Made by a program: the position numbers and the translations under genes. A stretch of DNA of 62,267 bases, the filler included, from Porpidia crustulata (lineage: Eukaryota): the NCBI GenBank assembly GCA_964255105.1. It is 9 parts of 9 records of this genome, joined end to end, with 100 filler letters (N's around TTAATTAATTAA, not from the genome) between each part and the next. Parts side by side here need not be neighbours in the genome. Positions count along the whole stretch, not along the records: positions 6,939 to 13,776 come from CAXUWE010001446.1; positions 13,877 to 20,714 come from CAXUWE010001447.1; positions 20,815 to 27,650 come from CAXUWE010001448.1; 6 more parts are not named here. One strand, given 5' to 3'. The notes below the pieces were generated by a model. It worked only from the letters and a program-made list of their open reading frames with translations. It was not told where the DNA came from and did no database searches. This document shows, one piece after another, positions 12,056 to 24,499 of this stretch. The number at the start of each line of letters is the position of its first letter. Position 1 is the first letter of the stretch.

Positions 12056-13463
12056 ATGGAGGAAATGGAGGAAGAGTTTCGGGCTGCTTGTGAAGCCGGC
12101 CATATTCCCGGAGTGATCTTACTTGCCAAAAATAAATCGGGTACATCAAAACTCCAAGAGAAGTCTATAGGCATCCATGCTAAAGCAACTGACACCAGAA
12201 AGGTAATTTGAGTTACGCTCAAGCCTTTGGTTTACGATCTTTAAAAGACGACACGGCACGCCCTCCGATGGCGTTGGATACAATCATCCGAATATCCAGC
12301 TGCACCGCACTCGTGACAAGCGTTGCAGCGATGCAATGCGTGGAGCAAGGCTTGCTGGACTTGGACGCCGATGTGCTTGGTGTGCTACCAGAACTTGCAG
12401 ACTTGAAAATCTTGGACGAATTCGATACGGAGGGTAAGCCAGTGATGAAGGAAGTCGTAGAACCGATAACTTTGAGGTCTGCTCGGCCGACGCGTTGTTT
12501 GGCAAGAGCTGAATATATCGCAGACGGCTACTGTCACACACCTCGGGCTTCTGCTACGAGTCAACATCACCACTACTGATGAATTGGCGAGCATACCACG
12601 GCGAAGAAGGCCATCCAAGGGGCACGAAGATCGAAGATCGCTACGCCTGCCCGCTGGTCTTCGAACCCGGAACATCATGGACCTACGGCCCCTCAATCGA
12701 CTGGGCCGGACGAATGGTCGAGCGCGTGAACGGCGACACCCCCCTCGAAGAATACATGCAAGAGCACATCTGGCAACCCCTCGGCATCAAAGACATGACC
12801 TTCTTCCTCCGCAACCGCTTCGACATGCTCCTGCGATGCGCCGACACGAGCACCCGCAACACGTCAGAAAACGGCAAAACAGTACACACTAACGACCACT
12901 CCTGGCACGAGGACAACGACGACTGCTTCGGCGGAACGGGCCTCTTCGCCGCGGCCCCGGGCTTCATGAAGATCCTGCACAGCCTCCTGGCTGACGACGG
13001 CAAGCTGCTGAAACCCGAAACCGTCGACCTCCTCTTCCAACCCCAACTGAACGACAACAACACCCAAGAAGCATTCACCGCCTTCTTCCGCAAACCCAGC
13101 GTCAACGAAAAACTCGGTGCCCTGATGCCCTTGGGCCTGCAGAAATCCCACGCGCTAGGCGGTATGCTGCTCATGGAAGACATCCCCAACGACGCAAAAT
13201 GGAGGCGCAAAGGCACCATGACCTGGAGCGGGTTGCCGAACGTATTCTGGGTAAAATCTTGGCACTCCATACCCCACCATTCTTTTTTCATCTGATCGGT
13301 CGTGCATACTAACGAAAACCACCCTTTATAGTTCATCGACCGAAAAGCAGGCCTTTGCGCCATGTACGCGTCGCAGCTCCAGGGCGCCGGAGACCGGAGA
13401 TCGATTGAGTTGGCGCGGTTGTTTGAGAGGACGATGTATGCGGAACTCGAGAGAAGGATCTAG
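12056..13463 (+). CDS. Beta-lactamase/transpeptidase-like esterase (LovD-type acyltransferase family), 4 exons; SxxK motif reads SCTA
   Basis: MEEMEEEF...IPGVILLA; IRISSCTALVTSVAAMQCVEQG; PITLRRLLSHTSG; PLVFEPGTSWTYGPSIDWAG; IWQPLGI; WSGLPNVFW|FIDRKAGLC. Canonical introns; stop TAG 13461-13463. Confidence 0.9.
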
Positions 13464-13776
13464 ATGGATCTATTGGATATCTATGTAGCCCGGGCCCGTG
13501 GTTATCATTAGAACGGGAAAAAATGAACGATATCAATTTCTATTTCTCCCCGCTCGACTGTGATATTGGAGCGCTCCGTCTTATGACGCTACATGAGCAA
13601 GGGCAAGGGCAAGATGGCTAGAGCTGTAAAGGTGCTTGCTTGGTCAAGTGTTCTTACCTTGTATTGATGAAGATCTGGGATCTATATCTCCACACCCCCC
13701 TATTGTTCTCTCTCTCCACGCCATATCACCATATCCCCATATCCCTTCACTCACCCTCGAAGAATAAATGCAAGAG

Positions 13777-13876
13777 NNNNNNNNNNNNNNNNNNNNNNNN
13801 NNNNNNNNNNNNNNNNNNNNTTAATTAATTAANNNNNNNNNNNNNNNNNNNNNNNNNNNNNNNNNNNNNNNNNNNN
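13777..13876. other. Artificial contig spacer
   Basis: N44-TTAATTAATTAA-N44. Confidence 0.99.
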
Positions 13877-14162
13877 GGATAGAAGAGGGGGGTTTGGAAT
13901 GTAACGGTAGACCTGGCGCTGGATATATAGCCTATCGGTGCTTTTATTCTCGAGGTTTCTTTGGTTGGAACTTACGATATTTTGGGGGATGCTGTATGAA
14001 CATGTTGGGGATCGCGAACAGGACCAATGTATTTCATGCTTTAGCTGGCGCATGGTCGTCGACATTCAAGATATCAATTATATCTCCCAAACCTATCGTG
14101 CAACTATCTTTGCTAGATCAGTTCAAAATATAAATATTTACATTTTTCCATTCCTCTCACGC

Positions 14163-16280
14163 TCATCCTGGCGAATCGGGTTTTCCCTTGTAGACCGAAT
14201 AAGACGTCCACCGAGTCGAATCTTCCACCTTGCGCACCAGTGCCAGGCCCGTCGGACCCGCCACCTCCATGTCCACGATGATGGCGTTCTGGCGCTTCCA
14301 TTGGGTCGGAGCTTCCCGGAGTCCGCGTTCCGCCCAGTCCCGGTCCATTCGCAGGGCTTCGCGGAGAAGAGTGGTGAGTGGGCTTTTCAGCCGGAGTTTC
14401 CCGAACGTGGCCATGTCTTGCTCCACCAGGAGCGTTGCGGACCGTAAAGCTCGCGGGGTCCGCCTCGTCGGATTGGTGCCGTCCGCGGCGGGGGCAGGTT
14501 GAATTGGGAGGCCCTTTGGTTTCCAGGCTGGGTCTTGCATGGGAGTGTCCGGAGATCGGATATCGTTTTTTTCGTCCTCCACTACGATCGAGTCGATACC
14601 TACGATGACTTCACCGGCGGCTGTGTTCCAGATCTCGGGTTTACTCTTGGGCTGGGAGTCTGCTCCATCGACGATCCCAGCGGCCAGGCTATCAACCACG
14701 AGCTTCTGCATTTTGAATGATACAACCGCGTCCACGCAAGCAGATCTCCAGATCACCCTGGCAAAATTGTACAATCGACTTCGCCAAGCCTGCGTGAATA
14801 GACCTTCGTAGTGCTTCTGACCAGGCCTTATGCGTTGCGTGACCGTGAAATAGTCCAGTACATCAATGGTAAGATCGTGGGCTTTGTCGTCGCGACAATG
14901 GGTGAGAAGCGTGTTGAGTGACACATTGTTTAGTAAATGACATCGTTTTTCTATTTCATTGAGCAGCTCAAAAGCTTCCCGAACGGACCGCCGCAAACTG
15001 ACTTCGTCCAGAAGATTGTTGGCTCCTGAGACCGTAAGCCAGCCAGGCGGATATCGCATGTCCATGTCTTCGAAGAAGGTGCCCATAGTATTGGAGTTGT
15101 CGAGATGAGTAGCTATTTCGTCACGGATCGTGCAATTAACAACGTCCCTCATTATTGAAAACCTATCTAACAATTTCCGTTCTTGCATGGCCTCGACGAT
15201 CGTCGCTCTTGCCTCTCTCGAGTCAACGGCCATGAGAAGACTTACCCAAGTCCTTGAGTCTGGCTTCAATCCCCTTTCGATGAGATTCTCGAGGTGGTAA
15301 GTGTAATTACGAAGGTCTTTATCGCTAGCTGCGCCTAGCAAAACCCAATGGTAAGTCTCTGGTTGGATCTCGATATGTAGATCCTCCATAGTGGTATAAA
15401 GAGCCCGGGCTTTGGTAAACATGTTGTGCTTATAGAAGAAGTCAAGGGCAATATTGCATGCCTTTGCGCTGAAGAATCTCTGAAAATCTGTACGAAGAAA
15501 AATTTCCTCTAATATATCTACAATACACATAACGTGTGACTCCTTGGTGCTATAGATTCGGCGTTGTATCGATCGGTCCACCGTAGATGTTGTGAGATCC
15601 TGAACATAGTCTTTGAAGCTGATTACGGACCAGTCTAGAGGTTTGGGGATTTTGTCTGCCCGGATCTGAGATATGCTCCCCCGGGTTCTAGCCCATACAG
15701 CACGGACGCATCCATTAGAAGGCTGCTCTTTACCTTCAGCTTCATAATGCTGCTCGAGTAGCTCCAGCGGGACACGCCAGTCTTGTGACCAGGCACCTTT
15801 GTACTTCCACTGTTTATTGAGATCGAGCTTCACATCTCTGTAACGTTCGCGTTTTTTTTTCATGGTGTCCACCTGCTCTGTGTTTGAGGATTGATTTCTA
15901 AGATGTTTTGATGCAGCTCGTTCTGCGTCAGCATTTGTCCAGACCAGTGGTATTTTGGAATTTGTCTCCAAAGTACTTTGACATTGCTTCTCGAGATTGG
16001 ATCCCAGCTGATGGCCCAGACGTGTAAGGCGCAGCTTTTCTGGGGTAATAGATCGCGCTGAGGATCCATTATGATATAGCTTAGCATCATTGGTCTTCGA
16101 GAGTATGCAATAAGAGCTGTGCTGCGGATGGACGATAGCAAGTAGCCTCAGGTGCCGGACGAAAATCTGCAACGGATAGAGTTGATGAGGTCGAAATGCT
16201 GGTAGAGTGTCCCTGGGAGTCACAGTCATACGGCTGATCGCTGATCTACCTTTCCCGTATGCATTACTTCCCAGGGACAT
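14163..16280 (-). CDS. Pentatricopeptide-repeat protein, probably mitochondrial
   Basis: 705-aa ORF with ~35-aa helical repeats (ACNIALDFFYKHN...ARALYTTME...QPETYHWVLLGAA...RGLKPDSRTWVSLL; NNVSLNTLLTHC). Start codon uncertain. Confidence 0.8.
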   Translation of the reverse strand: MSLGSNAYGKGRSAISRMTVTPRDTLPAFRPHQLYPLQIFVRHLRLLAIVHPQHSSYCILSKTNDAKLYHNGSSARSITPEKLRLTRLGHQLGSNLEKQCQSTLETNSKIPLVWTNADAERAASKHLRNQSSNTEQVDTMKKKRERYRDVKLDLNKQWKYKGAWSQDWRVPLELLEQHYEAEGKEQPSNGCVRAVWARTRGSISQIRADKIPKPLDWSVISFKDYVQDLTTSTVDRSIQRRIYSTKESHVMCIVDILEEIFLRTDFQRFFSAKACNIALDFFYKHNMFTKARALYTTMEDLHIEIQPETYHWVLLGAASDKDLRNYTYHLENLIERGLKPDSRTWVSLLMAVDSREARATIVEAMQERKLLDRFSIMRDVVNCTIRDEIATHLDNSNTMGTFFEDMDMRYPPGWLTVSGANNLLDEVSLRRSVREAFELLNEIEKRCHLLNNVSLNTLLTHCRDDKAHDLTIDVLDYFTVTQRIRPGQKHYEGLFTQAWRSRLYNFARVIWRSACVDAVVSFKMQKLVVDSLAAGIVDGADSQPKSKPEIWNTAAGEVIVGIDSIVVEDEKNDIRSPDTPMQDPAWKPKGLPIQPAPAADGTNPTRRTPRALRSATLLVEQDMATFGKLRLKSPLTTLLREALRMDRDWAERGLREAPTQWKRQNAIIVDMEVAGPTGLALVRKVEDSTRWTSYSVYKGKPDSPG

Positions 16281-16553
16281 GGGCTATAAAAGTCGCATGG
16301 TTTCAGGAGCCCGTTGTTTTCTTTGTGGGGGGATGATTAGGGGATTGAGCTCTAATTTTCCGAGCCTCATAGCTCTCTCGGCAAATGCCGAACCTGTGAT
16401 TCAATACAAGGCAGCTAGACGCGTTGACTAGAAGCAATAATTGATATCCCCTTTCAACACAACTCTTGACTACAAAATAACTTTCTGTGCTATCCTCGAA
16501 ACCGTCCGGACCGATTAAGAAAGCGCTTCAGTCACCTTCCTAGTCGCCTCACG

Positions 16554-17579
16554 ATGTCAGGTTCGTAGGTAGATCGAACGTTAATCGACTAGAGCTGACC
16601 TTCTCGGCTTGCAGGTAGTGCTGGATTCGATAGGCATATTACGATCTTTTCAGATCAAGGTCGCTTATATCAAGTTGGTATGTAGTCCACGCCGAAGCTT
16701 GGTTTCTAAAATCATGGATGGGATGGAGTGCTACATTGTCCCAAGACGGTCGCTGACCACAAGTTCACGACAGAGTATGCCTTCAAAGCAATCACAGCAG
16801 CAAATATCACCTCTATTGGAGTTCGCGGAAAGAACTGTGCGGTAGTCATTTCGCAAAAGAAGGTTCCAGTTCGTGGTCCTACTTCCATTACCTCTATATC
16901 TAGAAACGCTTCTGATGCATCATCAACTATAGGATAAGCTCATCGACCCATCTTCAGTCTCCCATATCTTCAAACTCTCCCCTTCAGTCGGCTGTGTCAT
17001 TACCGGATCAATAGCGGATGCTCGAGCTTCGGTTATGAGATCAAGAGGCGAAGCTGCGGAGTTTAAATACAAGAACGGCTATGAGATGCCATGTGACGTT
17101 CTGGCGAAAAGGCTGGCCAATATCAACCAGGTGTATACCCAGAAAGTGAGTGAACAGTCTTCGAGACACATTGCAAATACTCATTTGAGAAGGCCTACAT
17201 GCGTCCTTATGGAATAGCAACAACACTGATTTCAGTCGATTCGGAGTACGGCCCCCAACTGTATAAGTGCGATCCTGCAGGATACTATGTTGGATATAAA
17301 GCGACTGCGTCTGGTCCGAAGCAGCAAGAGGCATTGAACCATCTGGAAAAGAAATTGAAGAACAAGGAGTGCGCCGAAGGGAGCTGGGAAGATATTGTAG
17401 AGTTGGGCATATCGACCCTCAGTACTGTACTTAGTGTGGACTTCAAGAAGGGCGAGCTGGAGGTTGGAATTGTCGGAGGACCGAATGCGGGCGGTAAGGA
17501 GGGGTCGGATCCTAGCTTCCGAGCTTTGAGTGAAGATGAAATCGAGGATAGGTTGAACGCGATCAGCGAAAAGGATTAG
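16554..17579 (+). CDS. SCL1: 20S proteasome subunit alpha-1 (PSMA6 orthologue), multi-exon
   Basis: [27 protein letters not shown]...SQKKVPDKL...[31 protein letters not shown]...YMRPYG...[23 protein letters not shown]. Confidence 0.95.
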
Positions 17580-18437
17580 GAGATAGTAACTGGTGCAGGA
17601 GGGTGTGGATGAGCAGATGTCGTGTGAGTAAGATCTTCTAAGTCTTATAATGGAAAACCTGGCTCTTACGCTTCGTAATACTTGAAAACTAACGCCATGG
17701 TATCCATCCAGCTTTTCATGGGTCTGCAGAAAAGAAGGCACCGGCGAATAGAATTGTGGCACCCTCAGGCTCCTTCAGCCTCCACTGGCCGAATTGAGCC
17801 ATACAGGCGCAGTCGCGTCAGTATTGTGGCTTGAAACCATGGAGACCCCTAATTAAATAGTGATGACTCGAAGCGAGAGAGCAAGTGAAAGCGAGGGGGG
17901 AAGTGGAAGCGGATGAAACATCACGTTTGTTGGTGTCGGTGCGGGCACGCGTACCCAATCATCTCACAGTATTTTCTTCAGCTGCCATGTGCTTATCGAC
18001 TTAGATGCCCTTAATGGCTCGCTACGACTAAGTTGGGATCCAGTCCAGCTAGCCCGGCCGGCTACTGTGCATGCGCTGAGTTGACCTTTCTTCTTTCGTA
18101 CAGCAATTGATGATTTTCCAGCTTGTGTTGTCGACATAAGCATTGAACTTTCCTTTCCATGTGGTATACATCCCATAATCTCATCATGCTATCTATTCCG
18201 GTGTTCCGGAATTTGCGGCTGTCACTTGGCATTCGCCCAATCAATGCGCGAGTCCTCATAGCAGTGCAAACTGTGGATGATGTACGGGTGAGATGGGGTT
18301 TCTCCTGAAGCTCTCTCCTGATATGAGCGTTATGGATTTTACAAAAGAGCCTTGACGGGCTGTCTCCGAGGGCAAAGGTCAATTGCAAATTTCCTGGGAT
18401 GCCTAAATTGCTAGCTGCCCGAAGACAGACCATACCA

Positions 18438-19142
18438 ATGGCTGACGGACGTGAGTCTATCCCAAATGCAGGTGCAATCACCGCTAGCACCTACTGATAC
18501 ATCTGGCAGTCAACGAGGCTCGAGCAATGCGAGTCACCGAGTTGATGAACGGCTTTCGGGTTCTTCAACGTGGCATCTCCGAACTGCAGGTGAACGCATC
18601 CACCGATGCGTGGTATCAAGAAGGGTACCAGATCCTACGCCAGTGTCGCGCCGAGGGCCAAGCCGTTCTGGCTGCGGACTACGTGACAGATTCGTTGCAC
18701 GTCCCTAGCGCTCCCGGAGAGAAGGAGAAGCGTCAACTGCAACGGTGCCCAGCGTTCCTGTCCACAACAAAGACCGAATGACTAATTCTCTCATGTAGAG
18801 TTCTACTCGATGCCAGCGCACGACGCTTCCAAGCCAAGAAGATCCACCTTCGAGCGCTGGCAGCTATGCGGTGGGTCAACGGACGTTATGCCATTCTCCA
18901 GGGACAAAAACCGCACCAAGGCCATACTGCGGCATTGCAGCGCACAGACCTGGCTCTGAGGATGGTGGGCCGTCCTTACTCGGTCAATATAAAGCCTCGC
19001 TGACGGTGCATTTTAGGAGCTAGCCGCCGTGACGAATGAGCGGGTGTTCAACGAATTACGTATGGCGGACCAGCAAGCCGGATACTATTTGCAGGACGAC
19101 CCTTCGCTGCAACGGATCCTCGCTTGGATAAGTTCTCAATAG
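18438..19142 (+). CDS. Uncharacterised ~180-aa helical protein (4 exons)
   Basis: Three GT-AG introns splice cleanly to MADGLNEARAMRVTELMNGFRVLQ...EGYQILRQC...KRQLQRVLLDASARRFQAKKIHLR...QDDPSLQRILAWISSQ*. Only exon 2 shows in the ORF track. Confidence 0.8.
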
Positions 19143-20714
19143 GGTTTCACCTGACGACTGAGCCTTGGCCTCTGTCCGCGATAACGCTTTTGTCGGCTAA
19201 ATCGCGCTTCAGCGTGTCTTCGAACTCCTTAGGACATTCACGGTATATCTCAAAAGTATTAATTGGCCCTCCCTCCCCACGAATAACCGACAGCCCTCCT
19301 AACGTCGGATAAAAATTTGGAATTGCAAGTTTAGGCGTGAGATGCTCTATTATGTCTTTCTAATCTTGCGGGCTCGGTTGCTGGCAGCACGAGATTTTCC
19401 TTTTTTTCCCTTGGCTACTACGAGACTTTACTCTGGTGGAGAATGCACGTGATACCCCGGTCGGTAGAGACATTCCTTTTCGTAATATTATAGGTGACGG
19501 GACGGTTGCACAGTAAACAACTACTATCTTAAGACAAAGTAATATTGAATTGTTTCCAAGCACACTCAGGCTAGTCTCCAAGAATTCGCGCACGTGGGCA
19601 AATTCTCCCACCTGGTTTTGCTCAATCCTTGAAAACGAGCCTGAGGAGATATCTCAATGGCGAGCCAGTAATGCCTTGGCCAAGGTTTGGCATGCAAACC
19701 CAGCCTCCTGCCTGTAAATCATGTAAAGCAATGGCCATGACACATTCCGCCGTCTCTAGTCGCCTCAAAACTTGGGCCGTTTGCTCTAAGTCTGCCTGCG
19801 TTTTGGGTGCCCTGAAAAGTCAGATAAGCAGCTTACCAAAAACACGAGGAACGAAGCAACGCATCTACATCGTGTGCAAATCATGAAATTATTGGAGCCA
19901 CGGAAATACGGTGGCTGCTTTCAGTCCTGATTGCCTGCTGTATCCTCCGTAAATCAAGTACAAGTCATTGGCACAGCTCAGGAGGTTCGTGTGACAGCCT
20001 GGCTGGATCGCAGCCAATTGTCTTTCGAGAATTGGCTCTAAGTTGTCTGTGTATTCTTGGAATACTGATGTAATCTTACTGATGCTGTCGTTGCAGCACA
20101 AATTTTAATGCATCAGAAGAAGCTGAACAATGGTGGTGGTTGCGGTAAGAGGAATTGATCATCCTGTATCAGCTGTCGGACGCATTACGCCCTAGCTGGA
20201 TTGTGGCTTTGTAAGAGGGACGAGCATGGCTCGATAGGTACGTCCGAGTTGCCTCATTCACATTAGTCAGAGCTTGAGCCTAATCTACTTCGGGTGGCAT
20301 AGCAGCAAGTGGACCGTTACATTTTCCGAAAAAAAGTGCCAATGCACAGGACTTCGTCGTTCACAAAAGTGTGTGCCCTGAGCCCTGGCTTGAAATTCTG
20401 CATTTCAAAGTGTGTTCCTAGACATTTTGTCGATCTTAGGTGCACCGTAAACCGTAAACACGTGCCATAGTATTAATAAGTGTTTTGGGTATGGATGTTC
20501 AAGACGATACTCTTTTGGGTCTTGGCCGAACGAGACGTCCTTATTCTAGGTAGCGGAGGAGTTGGCCGATGGATGGGGCGATGATTGATGGGTGATGGTA
20601 TACATATCTGGCAATCTGGCACAGCTAGCTTGTCTGCAGGACCTGTCTGCTGGGAGTTAATCTTAGATCTTAGAAGGTACGTTCCATCGAACGCTTCTGC
20701 CGACAACAGTGTAG

Positions 20715-20814
20715 NNNNNNNNNNNNNNNNNNNNNNNNNNNNNNNNNNNNNNNNNNNNTTAATTAATTAANNNNNNNNNNNNNNNNNNNNNNNNNNNNNN
20801 NNNNNNNNNNNNNN
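20715..20814. other. Artificial contig spacer
   Basis: N44-TTAATTAATTAA-N44. Confidence 0.99.
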
Positions 20815-20815
20815 G

Positions 20816-20899
20816 AGTAAGGCGGCGAGAAGGGCAGCAGAGGCGAGGAGAATGAAGACGCAGGGACGAAGAGGGAGGACGAGAGGCGCCGGGTGGTAG
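20816..20899 (+). CDS. Possible basic C-terminus of a gene cut by the contig start
   Basis: SKAARRAAEARRMKTQGRRGRTRGAGW* directly after the spacer, convergent with GPN3. Not identifiable. Confidence 0.35.
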   Translation, partial: SKAARRAAEARRMKTQGRRGRTRGAGW

Positions 20900-21264
20900 T
20901 AATTCCTCCAAACAGGTTTGAAGGGTTTAAATGGCGTACACAGGGACATGCATGAATGGGAAGTCGGCGTGGAGTGGACTGGTCTCGGGAATTCTGGTGC
21001 TTTCCTGTGTTATAAGATATGGGCGTATTCAACAATCGAACGTTACTCGCCTGATGTTCGAATTTTGGGTTAGTTTGAAAGTAATGTATCGTAGCATACA
21101 AGAGTATCACATCAAGTGTATCTAGTTTCACTTAACAATGCCAGCTTGGCAAAATCCTTCAAACGCCTTCGCTATGCTTCTATTCCCGCTTTGTGAGACA
21201 CCAGAGTACTCCCTTGGACATCCAAGAAAGAGTTTTGCAGACCGCCTGGCAGAAGAGAGTTGTT

Positions 21265-22268
21265 TCAAGACATATTCGTGTCTTCGTAGTCGTTTCCAAT
21301 TTCATCATTTGGCTCCCTTGGCTCTTGTGCCTCGTGAAATTGAATGGCATCATCAATATAGCTCAGTATTGCACCGACGCTGTCTTCATCCTGTACGTTC
21401 AACTGCAGATATGATACCATACTGAAGTCATCTATAAGCTGGGCGATTGCTCTGTTAAGGCGCTTGAAGCTTCCCCCGGCCATCATGGGTCCAGCCGAGA
21501 GGGGATCCAGTGATTGGTCCTGGGACGTGGCCAGTGCAGTCACTGTATCTGATGGGTCATCCTCAAGGAGTGATGTATCTGGATCCAAAAACCGCTTCAA
21601 TTCCTTCCTCGGAACCGATCCTTTGACCAGATCCATTTTGCTAAGCACGTTGACATGAGGGATCTCAAGCATAATCATTGCACTCATTGCTGACAAGGTA
21701 CCGGCGAAGAATTTTGCTCGGTCAATCACAAACGTAGCTTCAAGGAGATACGCCGCGCAGAGATTCACGTTCAAGGCACCAGTACGGGTAAGGTGCTTGA
21801 CCAAAGAGGGCACGACCGGAATATGTGTGTATAGCTCAATCTGCCCGGGCATGTCTATAATGATAAGGTACTCTTCAGTCAAAGGGTCCATGGCTTCGGT
21901 CAAGAAATCAAGATTCTCGAGCAGGAATCTGGCTTGCTATTAGAATCTACAAGCAAACTGCTTTTGCATATACCATACTCGAAACAGTATATCAAGCCCC
22001 CGTTTGGGCCTAAACCCATCTCCTCCATAACATCTTCGAGGGAGATGAGATCCTTGATGTCGAGATCAGGCTGATACGCAAATTCTTCGGCAGCAGGATC
22101 TAGGTTGACGTAAAAGCATGAGCGTTTGTTCAGACGCAGATGCTGTATCAATGCGGAACAGAAGGTTGTCTACTATGTCTTTTAGTATTAATTACTCGGA
22201 GTCGATGGGTATCCGCACACCTTGCCGGCGCCTGCCGGACCCATAACGAGGACACCATATTTGCTCAT
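21265..22268 (-). CDS. GPN3: GPN-loop GTPase 3 (3 exons)
   Basis: MSKYGVLVMGPAGAGK|TTFC, VNLDPAAE, GLGPNGGLIYCFE, DMPGQIELYTH, LSAMSAM, NVLSKMDL. Confidence 0.93.
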
Positions 22269-22618
22269 GATCAATATACTTCACGCGGTCTTGACGTACC
22301 CTGTCATCTTCAGGAAGGAGTTTACTACAGAACGGCGCGCATCGGTGTAATTGGCCGAAAATATCAGGCCAGTGAATGAAATTATTTTTCTGCCGTGCGG
22401 CCCTGTCGGCATACAAAGGCGGTAAACCGGGGATTGCGCCATGATAAGGGTCACTTATAACCGAAATAATACACGCCGAGAAATTCCAGCCGCTCCGATT
22501 ACGGTATCTCTCTTCCTCCACACGAATACAGCCAAATTCATACCACAGAATCCTCACTTCTTTCACAGACTCCTAATTCTTCTCTTCCAACCTTCGTGTC
22601 TTTTCGAACTTTGCAAAA

Positions 22619-23944
22619 ATGGGCAGCCTGACCAACGGCGTTAAGCGGGGAACTTTCCTCTTCACCTCCGAATCTGTCGGTGAAGGCCACCCCGATAAAA
22701 TTGCGTGAGAAGCCAAGACTTCCGTGTGCTACGAGATCAGAGGCTGACTCTAATGCAGAGATCAAGTCTCAGATGCTGTTCTTGATGCCTGCTTGGCTGT
22801 GGACCCTATGTCCAAAGTAGCCTGCGAGACAGCCACCAAGACCGGTAAGTTCGGATCTGATTGTGTGCGAAATTCATTGCTTAATTTTCCACAGGTATGA
22901 TCATGGTTTTCGGTGAGATTACCACAAAGGCACATCTAGACTATCAGAAGGTTATTCGAAATACTATTAGAGACATCGGCTATGATAGTTCGGAGAAGGG
23001 ATTCGATTACAAAACCTGCAATGTCCTGGTGGCCATAGAGCAACAGTCTCCGGAGATTGCACAAGGTGTCCATCTCGACAAATCGCTGGAGCAACTTGGT
23101 GCGGGAGACCAAGGCATAATGTTCGGCTATGCCACAGACGAAACACCAGAGTATCTACCCATGACTCTTCAATTAGCACATCAGCTCAATAGCGCCATGA
23201 AGGAAGCAAGAAATGATGGTAGCTTGTCATGGCTTAGGCCTGACTCCAAGACACAGGTGACTATAGAGTATGAGTATGACGGCGGCGCTGTCGTTCCCAA
23301 GAGAGTAGATACGGTAGTCGTCAGCACACAGCACAGCGATGACATATCGACCGAGAAATTAAGGAAAGAAATCAAGGAGAAGATTGTGCAAAAGGTTATC
23401 CCTGCGAAGTATCTTGACGACAGAACAATTTATCATGTATTCTACCTTTTCTAGCATTTTCTCTTTGCCCACTGACATAGTTTAGATGCAACCATCTGGC
23501 CGCTTCGTCATTGGTGGACCTCAAGGTGACGCAGGGCTTACAGGCCGCAAGATCATCGTCGACACCTATGGCGGCTGGGGTGCTCATGGAGGTGGGGCCT
23601 TCTCAGGAAAGGATTACTCAAAAGTCGACCGTTCTGCGGCATATTTGGCACGCTGGATTGCTAAGTCATTAGTCCATGCAAAGCTTGCTCGCCGCGCCCT
23701 AGTTCAGCTGTCCTATGCTATTGGTGTTGCGGAGCCTCTTTCAATGTTTGTCGAGACATATGGTACTTCAGAACGATCATCAGATGAGCTTGTCGAGATT
23801 ATTAAGAAGAACTTTGACATGAGGCCTGGAGTTATTGTAAAGGAACTCAACCTCACAGACCCAATCTATTGCCGGACTGCCAAGAATGGGCATTTCACCG
23901 ATCAGAGCTTCACTTGGGAGAAGCCCAAACATTTGGATTTTTAG
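22619..23944 (+). CDS. SAM2: S-adenosylmethionine synthetase (4 exons)
   Basis: [64 protein letters not shown]. Confidence 0.97.
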
Positions 23945-24499
23945 ACGAAACCTTTGACGACCGTTAGGGATATACCATTGCAGCGCTTTGTTTTCAACAA
24001 CTCAAGGCGCAGGGGAACGGTTAAAAAGTTTTCCGAATTCAACATAGATCGATAGATCATCATAGCGGGTGGTGGCATTTCTCGGAAAACGGCGTTCAAC
24101 AAACCTTCAACATTCCCAACATAGTACTGCTCTATATTGTTCAACCATCGTGGCTCTTTGGTAGAATAGCTCGACTCTTTTTTAGCATCTAGGCCTGTAA
24201 GGTCAAGCCTTCAACGGTGCTGACGAGCATCGTCTCTCGCTGGGGGATTTAGCTTGGATCTATCTTAGCTTCCAGAATTAAATGACCAGTCCAACAGGTA
24301 GCTTTGAATTTGATCACCGTTCATGATCAAATGACCTCTTCTTCCCAATGCTAATGTCTGTAGTGCCGGCTTCCGACGATAGCAAGGCATCGTGGAGCAG
24401 CACACCACCGCGCGCAGAGTGCATTGACTGGTCTTTTGCGGGACGAGCCTTTTTACTCTGGCATACGCTAATGACAGTTGATGGTGTAGTGTTTCAGCG

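Noticed and set aside
1..13776. MFS transporter + GH45 + LovD-like esterase as a secondary-metabolite cluster
   Set aside because: The genes lie on different contigs joined artificially, and no backbone synthase is present.
22750..22765. SAM synthetase intron 1 acceptor TGCAGAGAT as a METTL16-type m6A feedback site (UACAGAGAA)
   Set aside because: Two mismatches in nine, including the AC context, and the exon side is constrained by coding sequence.
24095..24125. Direct repeats TTCAACA..TTCAACA and CAACAT..CAACAT as a telomerase template
   Set aside because: About 150 nt after the SAM synthetase stop (likely its 3' UTR) and outside the enclosing helices.
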